From Veleropilina oligotropha (Eukaryota), in assembly GCA_048128005.1 (NCBI GenBank), contig JBEUKZ010000123.1:248001-312000 (forward strand): 64,000 nucleotides of DNA, in the 5' to 3' direction. The notes below the pieces were generated by a model that was given only the letters and a program-made list of their open reading frames with translations, ran no database searches and was not told the DNA's origin. A program made the position numbers and the translations under genes. Of the stretch, positions 1-12,800 are shown piece by piece (position 1 is the first letter of the stretch; each line of letters starts with the position of its first letter).

Positions 1-595
1 ATTAATATAACGTAGTCTTCGGCCATTATCCTGTTCTTTCTCTTGTTGCTCATGAGATAAAATACACAAATATTTGATGTTAGTATGCGTAGCATAATTT
101 GAAATGAGGTGAATATTATTGGTTTTAAATTGGCAAAATGCCAAGTGTTGTCGGCCCTTTTAATTCCACATTTAATATCTTTTGGGGAGAGACTTTTTGC
201 GAGGAGAGACTGGTAGTGTGTTCTATGGAGATTGTCAACATTCAATTCCCGTTCCGTTTTATCAACATTTAGTATGAATATTATAACTATATTATTTTTA
301 CCTGCTTTGTAACTGAATACGTGCTGCCTTTGGCGATAAACGTTATTCATGAATTTCAAAGGCTTTGAATATATTAACAATTAAGCTAGGGTGTCTGAAC
401 ATTAATGTCTATTTATTGTGAATTTATTAATTGAAAATAATTTGACATGTTGTGTGCAATGGCTGGATAGCATAATCATTGTTTGTGTAGCAACATCTTT
501 GTGTTGTTGTTGGAACCCCCTATTAAAGGTCTTTATGTGGTGAGATCAACATAAATTCCTGTGTTTGTCTCTATTCTTTTATACCTTTCTTGCAG

Positions 596-814
596 TTGGA
601 TTGCTCAACAACAACACGTCCAGTGCTATATTGACAGACCAGCCAGTCTCCTTAGCTGAGCTGAATCATAATAACTCTTTCTCAGAACGAGGCTTGTCAG
701 ACAATGTTCAAGATGGCAGCCAGACTGAGAACGGACAATGTAGGCCCACATTGTATGTGGTTATGGCGGCCATCATGGCCTCGATGGGTGGCCTGTTGTT
801 CGGCTATGATATTG
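596..814 (+). CDS. SLC2A12: GLUT10/12-like exon (N-terminal tail and TM1)
   Basis: ttgcag| acceptor, |gtgagt donor; encodes [17 protein letters not shown]. Confidence 0.85.
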
Positions 815-3800
815 GTGAGTTCAATGCAAATATTCCCAAAAATTTACAAGTGGTTTCATCATTAATTTTAGTATCATTGATTTGTGTTTAATTCATGTCG
901 GTGCAGTTACCGATAATGTTTGTTTGCTGTAGCCAGATTCCAATTAATATTCACTTATTCGCTTAATGATGACGAGAAAGCTGTTCATATCATATTTCGT
1001 TATATAATAATTAATATTCATCATGATGCTGATATGGAGAGTTATGCCCCATCTGATGAGATTCATGTTGTTTTCTCAGAAGTGAGATCGAATTAACGAT
1101 AGTGGTCCATAACTGGCCAGTACTGATGGGTGTTCCTGATAAATCACGTTGACTGAAAAATGTTTCACGTATCTTCAGTTGTATGTACATCCTTTGATTT
1201 AACAAGTATATGGTTATATAGATTAGAAAGATGTCAACTTACTCCATTAATCATCACAATGTCCAGATCGTCAGAACTGAAACCAATCTTGTGTAACTTA
1301 TAGTGAATGAAGCCATCCGCCATCCAGATACGGTGAAAGCGAACTTGCTGAACCTTGATGACGGTCCCAAATTGCAACCCATCTTAATTCCTTCTACTCA
1401 CATCTACTATGCAAAAAGATCACACAATGTGTTGACAATTTATTCACTTCGATCAGTATGCAGAATAGTTTTCCACTTGGGTCTATATATATCTTCAATG
1501 GTTTCGAAAAACCTTGTCTCTGTAACCTTACTATGTATGTCATTTTCAGAGATAGATAACAACCTACATCAACTTCTCTTTCTTTCAGGAATAATATCCG
1601 GTGCTGTCCTGCTGCTGAGAGAGCAGTTTCTGCTCAGTTGTTGGCAACAAGCTTTGACCGTATCCTCTCTGCTGATGGGGGGTGTAGTCGGCTCTTTGTT
1701 TGGAGGTAAGGTTGACAGTGTATACAGGCGCGGATCCAGGGGGGGCGCACCCTAAAGTTGGCCAAGCATGCTAAAATAATATGTATAATCTGATACAAAT
1801 GACTTTCAGAACATTATAAATAGGCTGTTGCCATGTAATAATGCAGGAGGGGGGATTTCACATCGTTAATTGTCCAAATTTTCTTGCGCGTGGGGCGCCG
1901 ACCCTACGCGGACAATTCGATTATGACAAAATAAAATTAAAATTTGACTCGTGCTATTTGAGTGACGGTGGTTTATAAAAGTTAGAATGAAATATAGCTT
2001 TTTCCCTGTCAGAGTGCAGGAGAGTGGGTTTCAGGCTGTTGATTCTCAAAATTTTCTTTCGCGTGGTGCCCCGCCCCCACACGAACAGTTAATAGTAAAT
2101 TCAGCGCCCCCCCCCTACAGCCCTAAGCGAAATTCCTGGATCCGCGCCTGGTATAGATTGTAGGTGATATCCTGTGTTGTTACCTGCGCTCACGTAGTGG
2201 TGGGGGAAATCATCGCAATTGGATCTGTCTGTCTGTTTGTTTGTATGTTTGTATGCCAGTCTGTCCTCGAGCATATCTCAACAATCCGAACCCATAGAGT
2301 TCAAACCCATAATATTTCAAACATAGTCATGTATGCAAATACAATTTTAATATAACATTGTGTTATATGAGTTTTATTTGTATGCAAAATTTGACTTAAT
2401 TCGCTATATAACACAATACATGTAATAATAATAATAATAATAATGTAGCGGTCTTATATAGCGCATTCTTACGCACATGTCTCAATGTGCTGAACATTAT
2501 TATTACCCCTGGTTATGGGCCTGTTCCACTCTATTCTATTTCAACTCCCTCTGGGAGCATTACAGTCATTTACACGCATGTAGCGCCATGACTTACATAA
2601 CTGCCAACCAGGTACCCATTCAGATCGGCTGAGTGGACTGAGGCAAATATATGCTTATTTCCTTGCCCAAGTGAAATCGCCGAGCTTTGGGGGCGAACTC
2701 GAGACTCTGTGACCAGAGTCCTATGAACAACCCACTGAGCCACGACGTGTTGTTTTGCCAATAATACAGCATGAGTTTCATACAGCCTGTTCATGAGATG
2801 TTTTGAAGAAGTAATATGTTTCCACCTCATTAAAATATTCCAAGATAATGACACAAATTCTTGTCAGATCACAGGTACTAATCTCATTCATTACTATGGT
2901 AACCATTATCGATCTAGATTTCAAGTATGCTGTAATTTACTATTTTATTTATAGGATGAAATTTCGGCACAGAACTTTCACTACAAAATTTTATATTGTG
3001 TAATGATTGTTTTTTTCAGGCTTTCTAATCGATTATTGTGGCCGTCGACTGACGATAATAATCAACTCTGTGATATTTCTGTTGGGCGCTCTGGTTCTGA
3101 CCATAGCGCCGAGTTACCCCATACTGGTAAGTGCTGATGCATGCAAATATTATCTCAGTTCATCGGATTCATAAACAGTCACGCTTGTTATGTTATTCAT
3201 AAGAGTAAAGATCCTTAAATACAGTACAACTATATAGATCTGTATTTACTCTCTATCTAGATATAGATATATATATAAAAGTGTGATAACCGTTGTTTCT
3301 TTGTGAGCAGATTCTATCTGACCACTGTCCATCTGTTTGGAATTTAACGATGTTCTCTGACTGTGTTATCTCTATGCAGTCAGAAATCTTTGATCTGCTG
3401 AGTGAATTTATGTTGAATTTCACATGATATTGATTTAAATTAATTCAATGAAAAAATCTGAATGGCAACATTCACACAGTGCCCTAACATTTTATTATGT
3501 CAATGTCATATATATAGAGACCAGATTTATTTCAGTGATGTAAATGAAGTCAGGTTGAAGTATGGATATTAACTAACAGTCCATTAAACAACATGCATAA
3601 AATTCTGTTATGTTACGTAATAATTATGAATGAAATATTAGGAAATGGTGATCAACTTCAACCACAATAATTGATGGCGGTGATCTTTGCTCACAACAAT
3701 ATGCTCATTATGTCAGTTTTAAGATTATGCACTGCACATAGTTGTATAGTTTTAATATATTTTTATAATGTTGCTATGTCTATTTTACATATATCCATAT

Positions 3801-6800
3801 GATGTCAGATACGATTGTGCAATGTCATGATATATAAGCAGAAGAATGTGTGTGAAAACCACTGGTATATAAAACCTGAGTATTATATTGTGTCCCCCTT
3901 AACTTCCTTGTAGATTCTGGGCCGTTTGGTTTTGGGATTTGCTGTCTCCGTGTCTGCAATAGGAGAATGTATCTACATATCTGAGATAGCACATCCCGTA
4001 AGTGTTGTTAAATATTGCTTTCTTTATATAGTATTGTACAAAAATTGTCTATTTGCAAACGTAATCATATAAGTACTTATATGATGAATTTCGTAGTTTG
4101 CATTGAAAAGTAAGAAAAACACATATATTTAAAGAATTTCCAAATCAATCATTTTCAATTTCATAATATCCATGTTTTGTTTCAGAAACGTAGAGGGTTC
4201 CTGGTGTCTCTAAATGAATTAGGAATCACCCTCGGCCTCTTGGTGGCGTACCTGGTCAATTATTTATTCATCAATGTCGAAAATGGCTGGTAGGTACATG
4301 ATATACAGTGCCTGTGCAGATTTGTATAGATATGAAATTTATGTTTATGATATATTTCTTTATATGCCCCGCGACTACAATCGGGCGGTTCATATAGCTT
4401 TTGGAATGTCCAACCATCCATCAGCCAAACGCTTTGATAAGTTCGAAGATTGGTGACCTGACCTGTTTTTTACGGTCATTCATCTCTGAAAAATGTACCG
4501 TAAAAGCGGGGCATTCGTGACTAACAGTCTCTAGTTATTAATGCAGCAATAATTCTGTATGTGGGCTATGATCATCATATAATAGGAAGAGACTAATAAA
4601 TCCAATTTATTCAATATTGTACTAAATTTTCCCAAATGTACATTATAAATGTCATCTTGCTTGCACTTTTTTGCTTGTTTTGTGTGTTTCTGGTAGTCAA
4701 ATTTAATTGTTAATCGTCTCTTGGGGTTATTCCATAAAAATGTTAATGAATTTTTTTGGGCAAAGATTTGACTCGTACATTTATGCCGCTGTCAGGGTGT
4801 TAAAGTTTTCCTTCAAATGCTCATAGTATTGATTTCAATGATCTTACTGAGTCACAGGGTTCAACAGTTGTCCATGAGTGACCGATACAGGTAGGTTCCC
4901 CCGAGCAATCTGGTTTTCCTCTCACGATAATATGTCAATATCCTTGAATGATGTTGAAATGGGACACTAACAGACCTGTCAACATTTGATTTTGGGTGTC
5001 AGGTAGATTTTGTTGTGACATAATGATACGAATCGTGGATTAAAATTTGGTATTGTTTGTGTGTACATTTAATGTGAGTATGTATATTGTGTATTATCAT
5101 TTATGCGTATAATAAAATATGACCTAAAATATATATTGTTTATTATGCCCCCGTCCGACTTTAGTCGGTCTAGGGGGCATCATGCTTTTGGTACATCCGT
5201 CCGTCCGTCCGTTCGAGCGTCCGTCCGTCCGTGACACATTAGATCTCATGGATCTTTATCCATGTTACTGAGAGGCCACTTCCCCCAAACTTGACATATT
5301 AACAGATACATCTGTATTCAATCAATATTCAAACTCATGATAGTTTAATCGTATATATACGATTAAACTATCATGAGTTTGAATATTGATTGAATATTTT
5401 AATTTTTTCAATGTTTTGGTCTCTGAAGTATAAATTACATATAAGAAAGTCACCTATTATTTTTGCTGATAACAAGTAACCACCGCTGTCAACTTTCTTA
5501 CACTAACAGATATAAGTTTGACCTATCATGAGTTAGAATATTGAATGAAAATTTTATTTAGTTGGGTTTTGGACTTAGCCTATGGAACACAATTTATATA
5601 CAATAAAGTCACCTATTATTTTTGATGTTGATCTCAAACCACTTCCTTCAGCTTTTGTATACTAACTGATATAAGTTTGATCTATCACGAGTTCAAATAT
5701 TGAATTAATTTTTTAATTATTTCCATGTTTTATTGGGTTTTTGGACATAGCCTATGGAGCACAATTTATTTCCAAGAAAGTCACCTATTATTTTTGATGT
5801 TGATCTCAAACCACTTCCTTCAGCTTTTGTATACTAACAGATATAAGTTTGATCTATCATGGGTTCAAATATTGAACGAATGTTTTAATTATTTCCATGT
5901 TTTATTGGGTTTTTGGACATAGCTATGGAGCACAAATTATATACAAGAAAGTCACCTATTATTTTTGCTGTTTATCTCAAACCACTTCCTTCAGCTTTTG
6001 TATACTAACATATATAAGTTTGATCTATCATGAGTTCAAATATTGAACGAATGTTTTAATTATTTCCATGTTTTATTGGGTTTTTGGACATAACCTATGG
6101 AGCACAATTTATATACAAGAAAGTCACCTATTATTTTTGCTGTTGATCTTAAACCACTTCCTTCAGCTTTTGTTTACTATCAGATATAAGTTTGAACTGT
6201 CATGAGTTCGAATATTGAACAATTTTTTAAATTTATTCCATGTTTTATTGGGTTTTTGGACTTAGCCTATGGAGCATAATTTATATATAAGGAAGTCACT
6301 TATTTTTTGGAAGTTGATCTCAAACCACTTCCTTCTGCTTTTGTTTGCTAACAGATATAAGTTTGAACTGTCATGAGTTCGAATATTGAATGGAAATTTT
6401 AATTATTGCTTATACATTAATAAGTACAGTTACATTTCTCCCTATTAGTCATGTACACAACCAAAATTCATATCACTTGGCAAGCTTATACCGGGGGCAT
6501 TCCATGTTCCGGGGAACATATATTTCTAATTATATTTTAAAATTTTGTTATATTAAAATAATATTGATATAATAATTATGGACATTTAAATCCGCCCAGG
6601 TTGCACGCTCACAACGCTATCACATAATTACCCCTGGTTATCGGCCTGTTCTGATCTAGAACCCATCTCAACTCTCAATGAGAGCATTACAATCAAGCTG
6701 CCACTGACGGGCACTACGACTAATTATCACACCGATCGGGTACCCAGTTAGTTCGGCTGGGTGAACTGAGGCAAATATGTGCTTATGTGAAATCGCCGAG

Positions 6801-9800
6801 CTTTGGAGGCGAACTCGAGACTCTGCCACCAGAATCCTGAGAACAGCTCACTGAGCCACGACGTCACATATGATATTATTATATTTACACTGTAGGCCTA
6901 CATAATTAATTTCACATTTATAAGACAGTTACTTAGTTATAAATAATTACAGCAGACATGTTCACAAATGACAGACTTAGTTATCATAAATATGGTATCC
7001 AGTGTTTCTAAATTCTACATAGAGGATCTCACATGAGTGGTGGTTTAATATCACATTTATGAAAGGAGTTTAACTAATTTTCATATTTTCCGAGGCTTTG
7101 CCAAGGAAAATATGAAAATTAGTTAAACGAGTTTCATAAATGTGATATTACACCACCACGAATGTGATGTTCTATGTATCACACTATTAGAAAGTAGCGA
7201 CGTTGACACTACGGCGCATTGTAAGTAAAATGGAATGATGTCATACTCATGCATTACTAAAAATAGTAAAATTTTCTATGAAATACAATGTTTATGTGCT
7301 TGTAAAAGTATAATTATAGATTAAAAAGCAAATATGTGAAGATAAAATGCTAAAATTTTATATATGTTATCTATATGAAAAAGAATAATGAATACTATTT
7401 GTGCTTAAAATTTACAACGGTAGTCCAAACATCTATGTGTGACACGTTATCGTCGATTCCGTTTTGGATTGAATTTGGCCAGAATCGTTTCTATATAAGG
7501 CAATTTTTCAGATGACTTTTCGTCACTTGCATTTTCATTGGTTACTTAAGGTCTCTTTGTAAACAGCCAATCGCATTTCGATATGGCTTTTGACACGTGT
7601 ATTACGACGAATAATACACAGTGCTGCGCAGCACTATGGGAAAATGACCAAGACGTGATAAAAATGAGTTGCACATATTTGACACCTATTACGTTTTTAT
7701 CATTAATTTTATCCAATTATCACTAAATACCTATTGTAAATTTGTCGTATATGCATGTATTCCCTCAATATTACTGTAGGCCTAATTACAGGTTGAGCAG
7801 TGAAGATGAAATTAAATCGTTATTAAAAGCAGTGGAATCAACCCACTATGCTAAATTATCTTTAAATTGTCCATTATTTCCGTGGTAAATGATAATTATG
7901 TAGTAAATGTTGCGGTTCAACTATTGGATATGTGTAACGAAGCCCACCTCGGAAAAGTTTACTACATGTAGTAATAGGCGTATAGTTATCGACCGTTGAC
8001 AAACGCAAAATAATTACGTTGGTGTAGGTATTTAAGCTTTACAATTGTCGCAACACATATTCACCCATGCGGGCTAATTTAATACTCTGTGGCAAGCTTA
8101 GTAATACGCACAAACAAATCAATTTGCCGGTAAAGTCTTTCATTTTAACACAATGCTTACAGTTTGTTAGTAATTAAGTAGGCCAAAACGCTATTCAATG
8201 GACACCAAACTAGCTTCGCGCACAATTATTTTTCATAACTCGCGTCGCGAAGCTACCGGAAAGTACCGATCATCTTCGTAGGCTTGCATTCGGAAAAATT
8301 TTAACCCAATGGAAGATTATTTCTTGCTCGGATGTAAATATTTTGCAAATCGGTAAAATGTCGCGATTTCGGTAGATTAAACGATTTGGTTAATTTTGTC
8401 CGGTAAACAAAAGTGCTATCCGGTAATCTACCGGTCATCAATCCAAACCAAGCACGTGATTTCATATCATAGCATAACGTGTTGCGTGGTGCGCACAGTT
8501 GAACTGTCCAGTATTTCACATTTTGTGGACATACATACAGCTATCACCATAGTTTTGCTTTGACTAATAAATGCAAACATCTTTTCAAGGCGGTTTATGT
8601 TCGGTCTGTCCATGGTGCCTGCTGCGATTCAAGGAGCAGGGATGCTGTTCCTGCCGAAGAGTCCACGCTTTCTCATGATTAAGAAACAAGAAGCTCAGGT
8701 TGGTTAAGTGTTAAAAATGTCAAGGCTACAGTGATTTATCATTTTAATTGGGCGTTTTGGTTTGGTTGTGGCCCGCTTTTTTTAGTAGACATCCATGAGA
8801 TGGATGTCGGTATTATATATCAGAGTGTCCAGCCATCCCGATTTCGGCGGGATTATCCCGATTTGGTCAAGGACATCCCGTGTCCCGACGTGCTTACTGT
8901 CTGGATAGGAAAATCCCGATCTTGCTAAACAATTGCAAATTATATTTATTGTTTTGTATCTGAACGATATAAAACTTATTACTAAGATAAATGAAGACAT
9001 ATTTGGATGTTAATATGGTTCAGTGACAAGCAAGCAACTAGATTTTGCTGCAGTTGACGTAAAGCCATATGCGCGAAATCGATCATCGAAAAGAATGACT
9101 TCTTCCTGATTAACATTGTGGATCTTATCGCAGCGCGATATGGCTGACGATTTTTAGTCACATTTCACTGAATCGCAAATATAAAGTTAAAATAAATGGA
9201 AATCCCATCCGATTGGTGCAGATTTTGTAAAGTAATTTATCTTCGGAAATTGCTGGAAATGACGTTACAGAGCTTCTTCATTTAAAATTTTTCTTGGGGG
9301 GCATGCACCTGTACCCCCCTAGCCTACTCGCACTCACATCCCGATTTCATATTAGTCAAAGGTTGGACACTGATATATATACCAGTACATATATAATTAA
9401 GGGTTATGAATGAAAGCAAGGTAAATCTAATTTCAATACATGTACTAATAATTATGCACAATATCTATATTTTGTTTGTAACTAATTAAATGTTATACTG
9501 TAAATGACTTTATTTTCGAGGGTATCAATTTTCGTGGTTTTGCTTAAAAAGACATTTTCGAGGGCCCCTATTTTCGTGGATTCCATATTTTGAAAATCAA
9601 TAAAATATAGATAATATATAGGCCTACTTCTGGCAATTTAGTACTGTGCTTGTCAAGTTACGACAAATTGAAAATGCAATTTGAGATGAAAGACAATACC
9701 GACACTGACGCTCCGATTGTTTTTTTATAATCCTAAGCTTAATCTTAAAATCTGATTAGCACTCACTGAACGTGATTACGCCAGCTAATTCCATGAAAGA

Positions 9801-12800
9801 TTACCAACTAACACATTTAACAAGATGAAAGAAAAACAAAGTACCGCCAGCATTATGTAACGTTCACCTTGAAATGCGTGCTAAGATTACCCGCTATTAT
9901 ATCGACAACAGTGTTGCAAAAGCCGCTCGGAAGTTTACGATAGACTTCGGTAAAAAAAGTCAGCGAATCATCAGTACGCAGTATGAGGGACAAATTCGTC
10001 AAATTTAAAAAAACAGGTAAATATGGTAACATACCGTTAGTAATATCGACTTTTGTTTTTATACAAAATGTACACCTCTCTTATAATTAATTCGGCGAAT
10101 CAGTAAGTGTTAAGGAGAACATTATATGGATAAAAACATCGGTTATTTCCGCCGATATCGGAAACGTACGAAGTGTAATGAATAGAATAAAAAGTAGATT
10201 GATAGACGTTTACTATTATTAAACGGGTTTTTGACATTTTTATTATAATAAGTTTTATTTTTGTTTATGTGAGTTGACAATCCGACAAATCTTCCAAACG
10301 CTCACCAAGAGGAGAACTTACTGACCCTACTAATAAAAGGATAACGGAATTATCCTTTTGTTCATTGACATAACAGCTTCAGCCGTTGGATTTAACGGTT
10401 AACAAAGAATACAAAGATATTTAGAGAGGGTCTGGCGTCCACACTGAAACCCATTCATGCCAACTGGATTATTTATGCTCACAAGGAAGTGACGCAACGC
10501 AGGCAATTGATTTTGAATGGATTTGCCAAAACTTGACTAATTACCAATTAAATGGTGTTTTTATAACACCAACTTACCACAGTTACTGATACATGCAAGT
10601 ACTGTATCAGAAGTATTTAATGTACGCATATTTATCTGTAAATATCTATAATTTTATCCCTTGGTATATATATGTACAAAACTATGTATATAAGATAGCA
10701 TTAAGATCAAATTTAGTAGTATCTATTTCGTCTTGTTTTACATGTTCACCATTTCCAAAATGGCCGCCAACGGATATCCAGGATTAAAACTGACTGGGTG
10801 ACGCATATTTCGTTGGGACTTTAAATTCGTGGTTTAGCCTACCCACGAAAACCACGAAAATTGGTACCCCACGAAAATTAATGATTCTACAGTATATGGA
10901 AGCCGATATGGATTCATGGATTCATTTACGTTTTAAACTCTCTTTCACTGGTAATTATATTTATTGCAGGCGGAAGAGGTCTTGAAAAAGCTACGAGGAA
11001 ACAGTAGCGTGAAGGAAGAAATTACAAACATACGAATCTCTCTTACTACAGAAAAGGTAGGATGTTAATGCTGCCTTGATGCTGTGAACGTCATTTGTAA
11101 GCTTAGGGCCGGCAAAGGTAGGAGGTTAATGCTGCCTTGATGCTGTGAACGTCATTTGTAAGCTTAGGGCCGGCAAAGGTAGGAGGTTAATGCTGCCTTG
11201 ATGCTGTGAACGTCATTTGTAAGCTTAGGGCCAGCAAAGGTAGGAGGTTAATGCTGCCTTGATGCTGTGAACGTCATTTGTAAGCTTAGGGCATTCGGCT
11301 CGTCTGAGGACTATTATTATCTTTTAAACCATTTTTATGAGGTCATTCTATTGTCTCGGTCCGTGGTCTAACTGGCCATATTGTCAGTTAGACCACAAGG
11401 GACAACTTTCTTACACTAAAAATGGGTGTATTAGGTTATTAAAATCACATTTTAAATTATTTTAAACTTTTGCAATGGTTTAAGTCGGTTATATCACTCG
11501 GTTTGTGTTATCTAATCAGAAAAGCTCATGCAGTTAATCAACTCCGCGCTTCGCGTCTCGTTCATTAATTGCACGCTTTCCCGATTAGACAACCAAACCT
11601 CGTGGTATAACCTATACGTAAACTTGAAAATCTTTTAGTTCCTCAAGAATAATAATATATTTTCTATGGAAATTGAACATTTAATTTGCAAATTGTTTCA
11701 AATTGCTGTAATAATCATTTTGTTGAAATTGAAAATCTGTTATTTTGTCAATAGTAATAAATTAAATATAATATCTATAGAAATTTAATTTAAAAGTTGT
11801 TTCAAAGTTCCATAATCATTATTTTGTTTTTATTCAGAACAATAGCATTTTATCACTGTTCAGCAAAGGCGATAATATGCGAGGCCGCATGCTGATTGGA
11901 GGGGGGCTGGTGTTCTTTCAGCAGGTTAGTGCTAGGAGAAATATCTTTCGTGGTGTGAATGTTTTTTATTTTTTATCACATTTTGTACGTTTTTGAACAT
12001 AGTCTCTGGAGCTTCATTTCTGATCTAATGTTATAAGAAACTCACCTAACGTTTTCGATGTTAATCAATAGCCATCTTCTTCAAACTTCATATGCTATTA
12101 TATATAAGTATGAACTATCCTGAGATCGAATGCTGAATGAAAATATTTATATTTTACTACATTTTTTACGTTTCTGAACATAGTCTCTGGAGCGTAATTT
12201 CTATCTCGTGCTATAAGAAACTCACCTAACTTTTTCGATGTTAATCAATAGCCATCTTCTTCAAACTTCATAAGCTATTATATATAAGTATGAACTATCA
12301 TGAGTTTGAATGTTGAATGAAAATATTTATATTTTACTATATTTTTTACGTTTTTGAGCATAGTCTCTGGAGCTGTAATAAACTCATCTAACTTTTCTAT
12401 GGTAATCAATAGCCACCTTCTTCAAACTTCATATGCTATTATATATAAGTATGAACTATCATGAGTTCAAATATGGAATGAAAAATATGTATATGTAATT
12501 TAGTAATGAAGCGGAATCAGTATCTTGAATTAACAAGGCTTCGCAGGTTTTGGGATGCGTGTGCATTTTATACTTACAGTCAGCAGAAAGATAGAACAAC
12601 GACATCATCTTTTCCTTTTATAATGTTTAAGAACAGATATAGTGATGAAGCATCAATGGCTTTGAACATATACCGGGGGCATCTGCAGTGTCGGTAGACA
12701 CATTTCTAGTTGTCCCCCACCGCGAGCGGACGGGATTCACGTCCGCCCGTCACAGATTTTCTCACATCTTTTTTTGTCATTTTGAGAAATTCTGGCATTC

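Noticed and set aside
4288..4293. In-frame TAG suggesting the transporter is a pseudogene
   Set aside because: The donor falls inside the Trp codon (TG|GTAGGT) and joins in frame to 8590.
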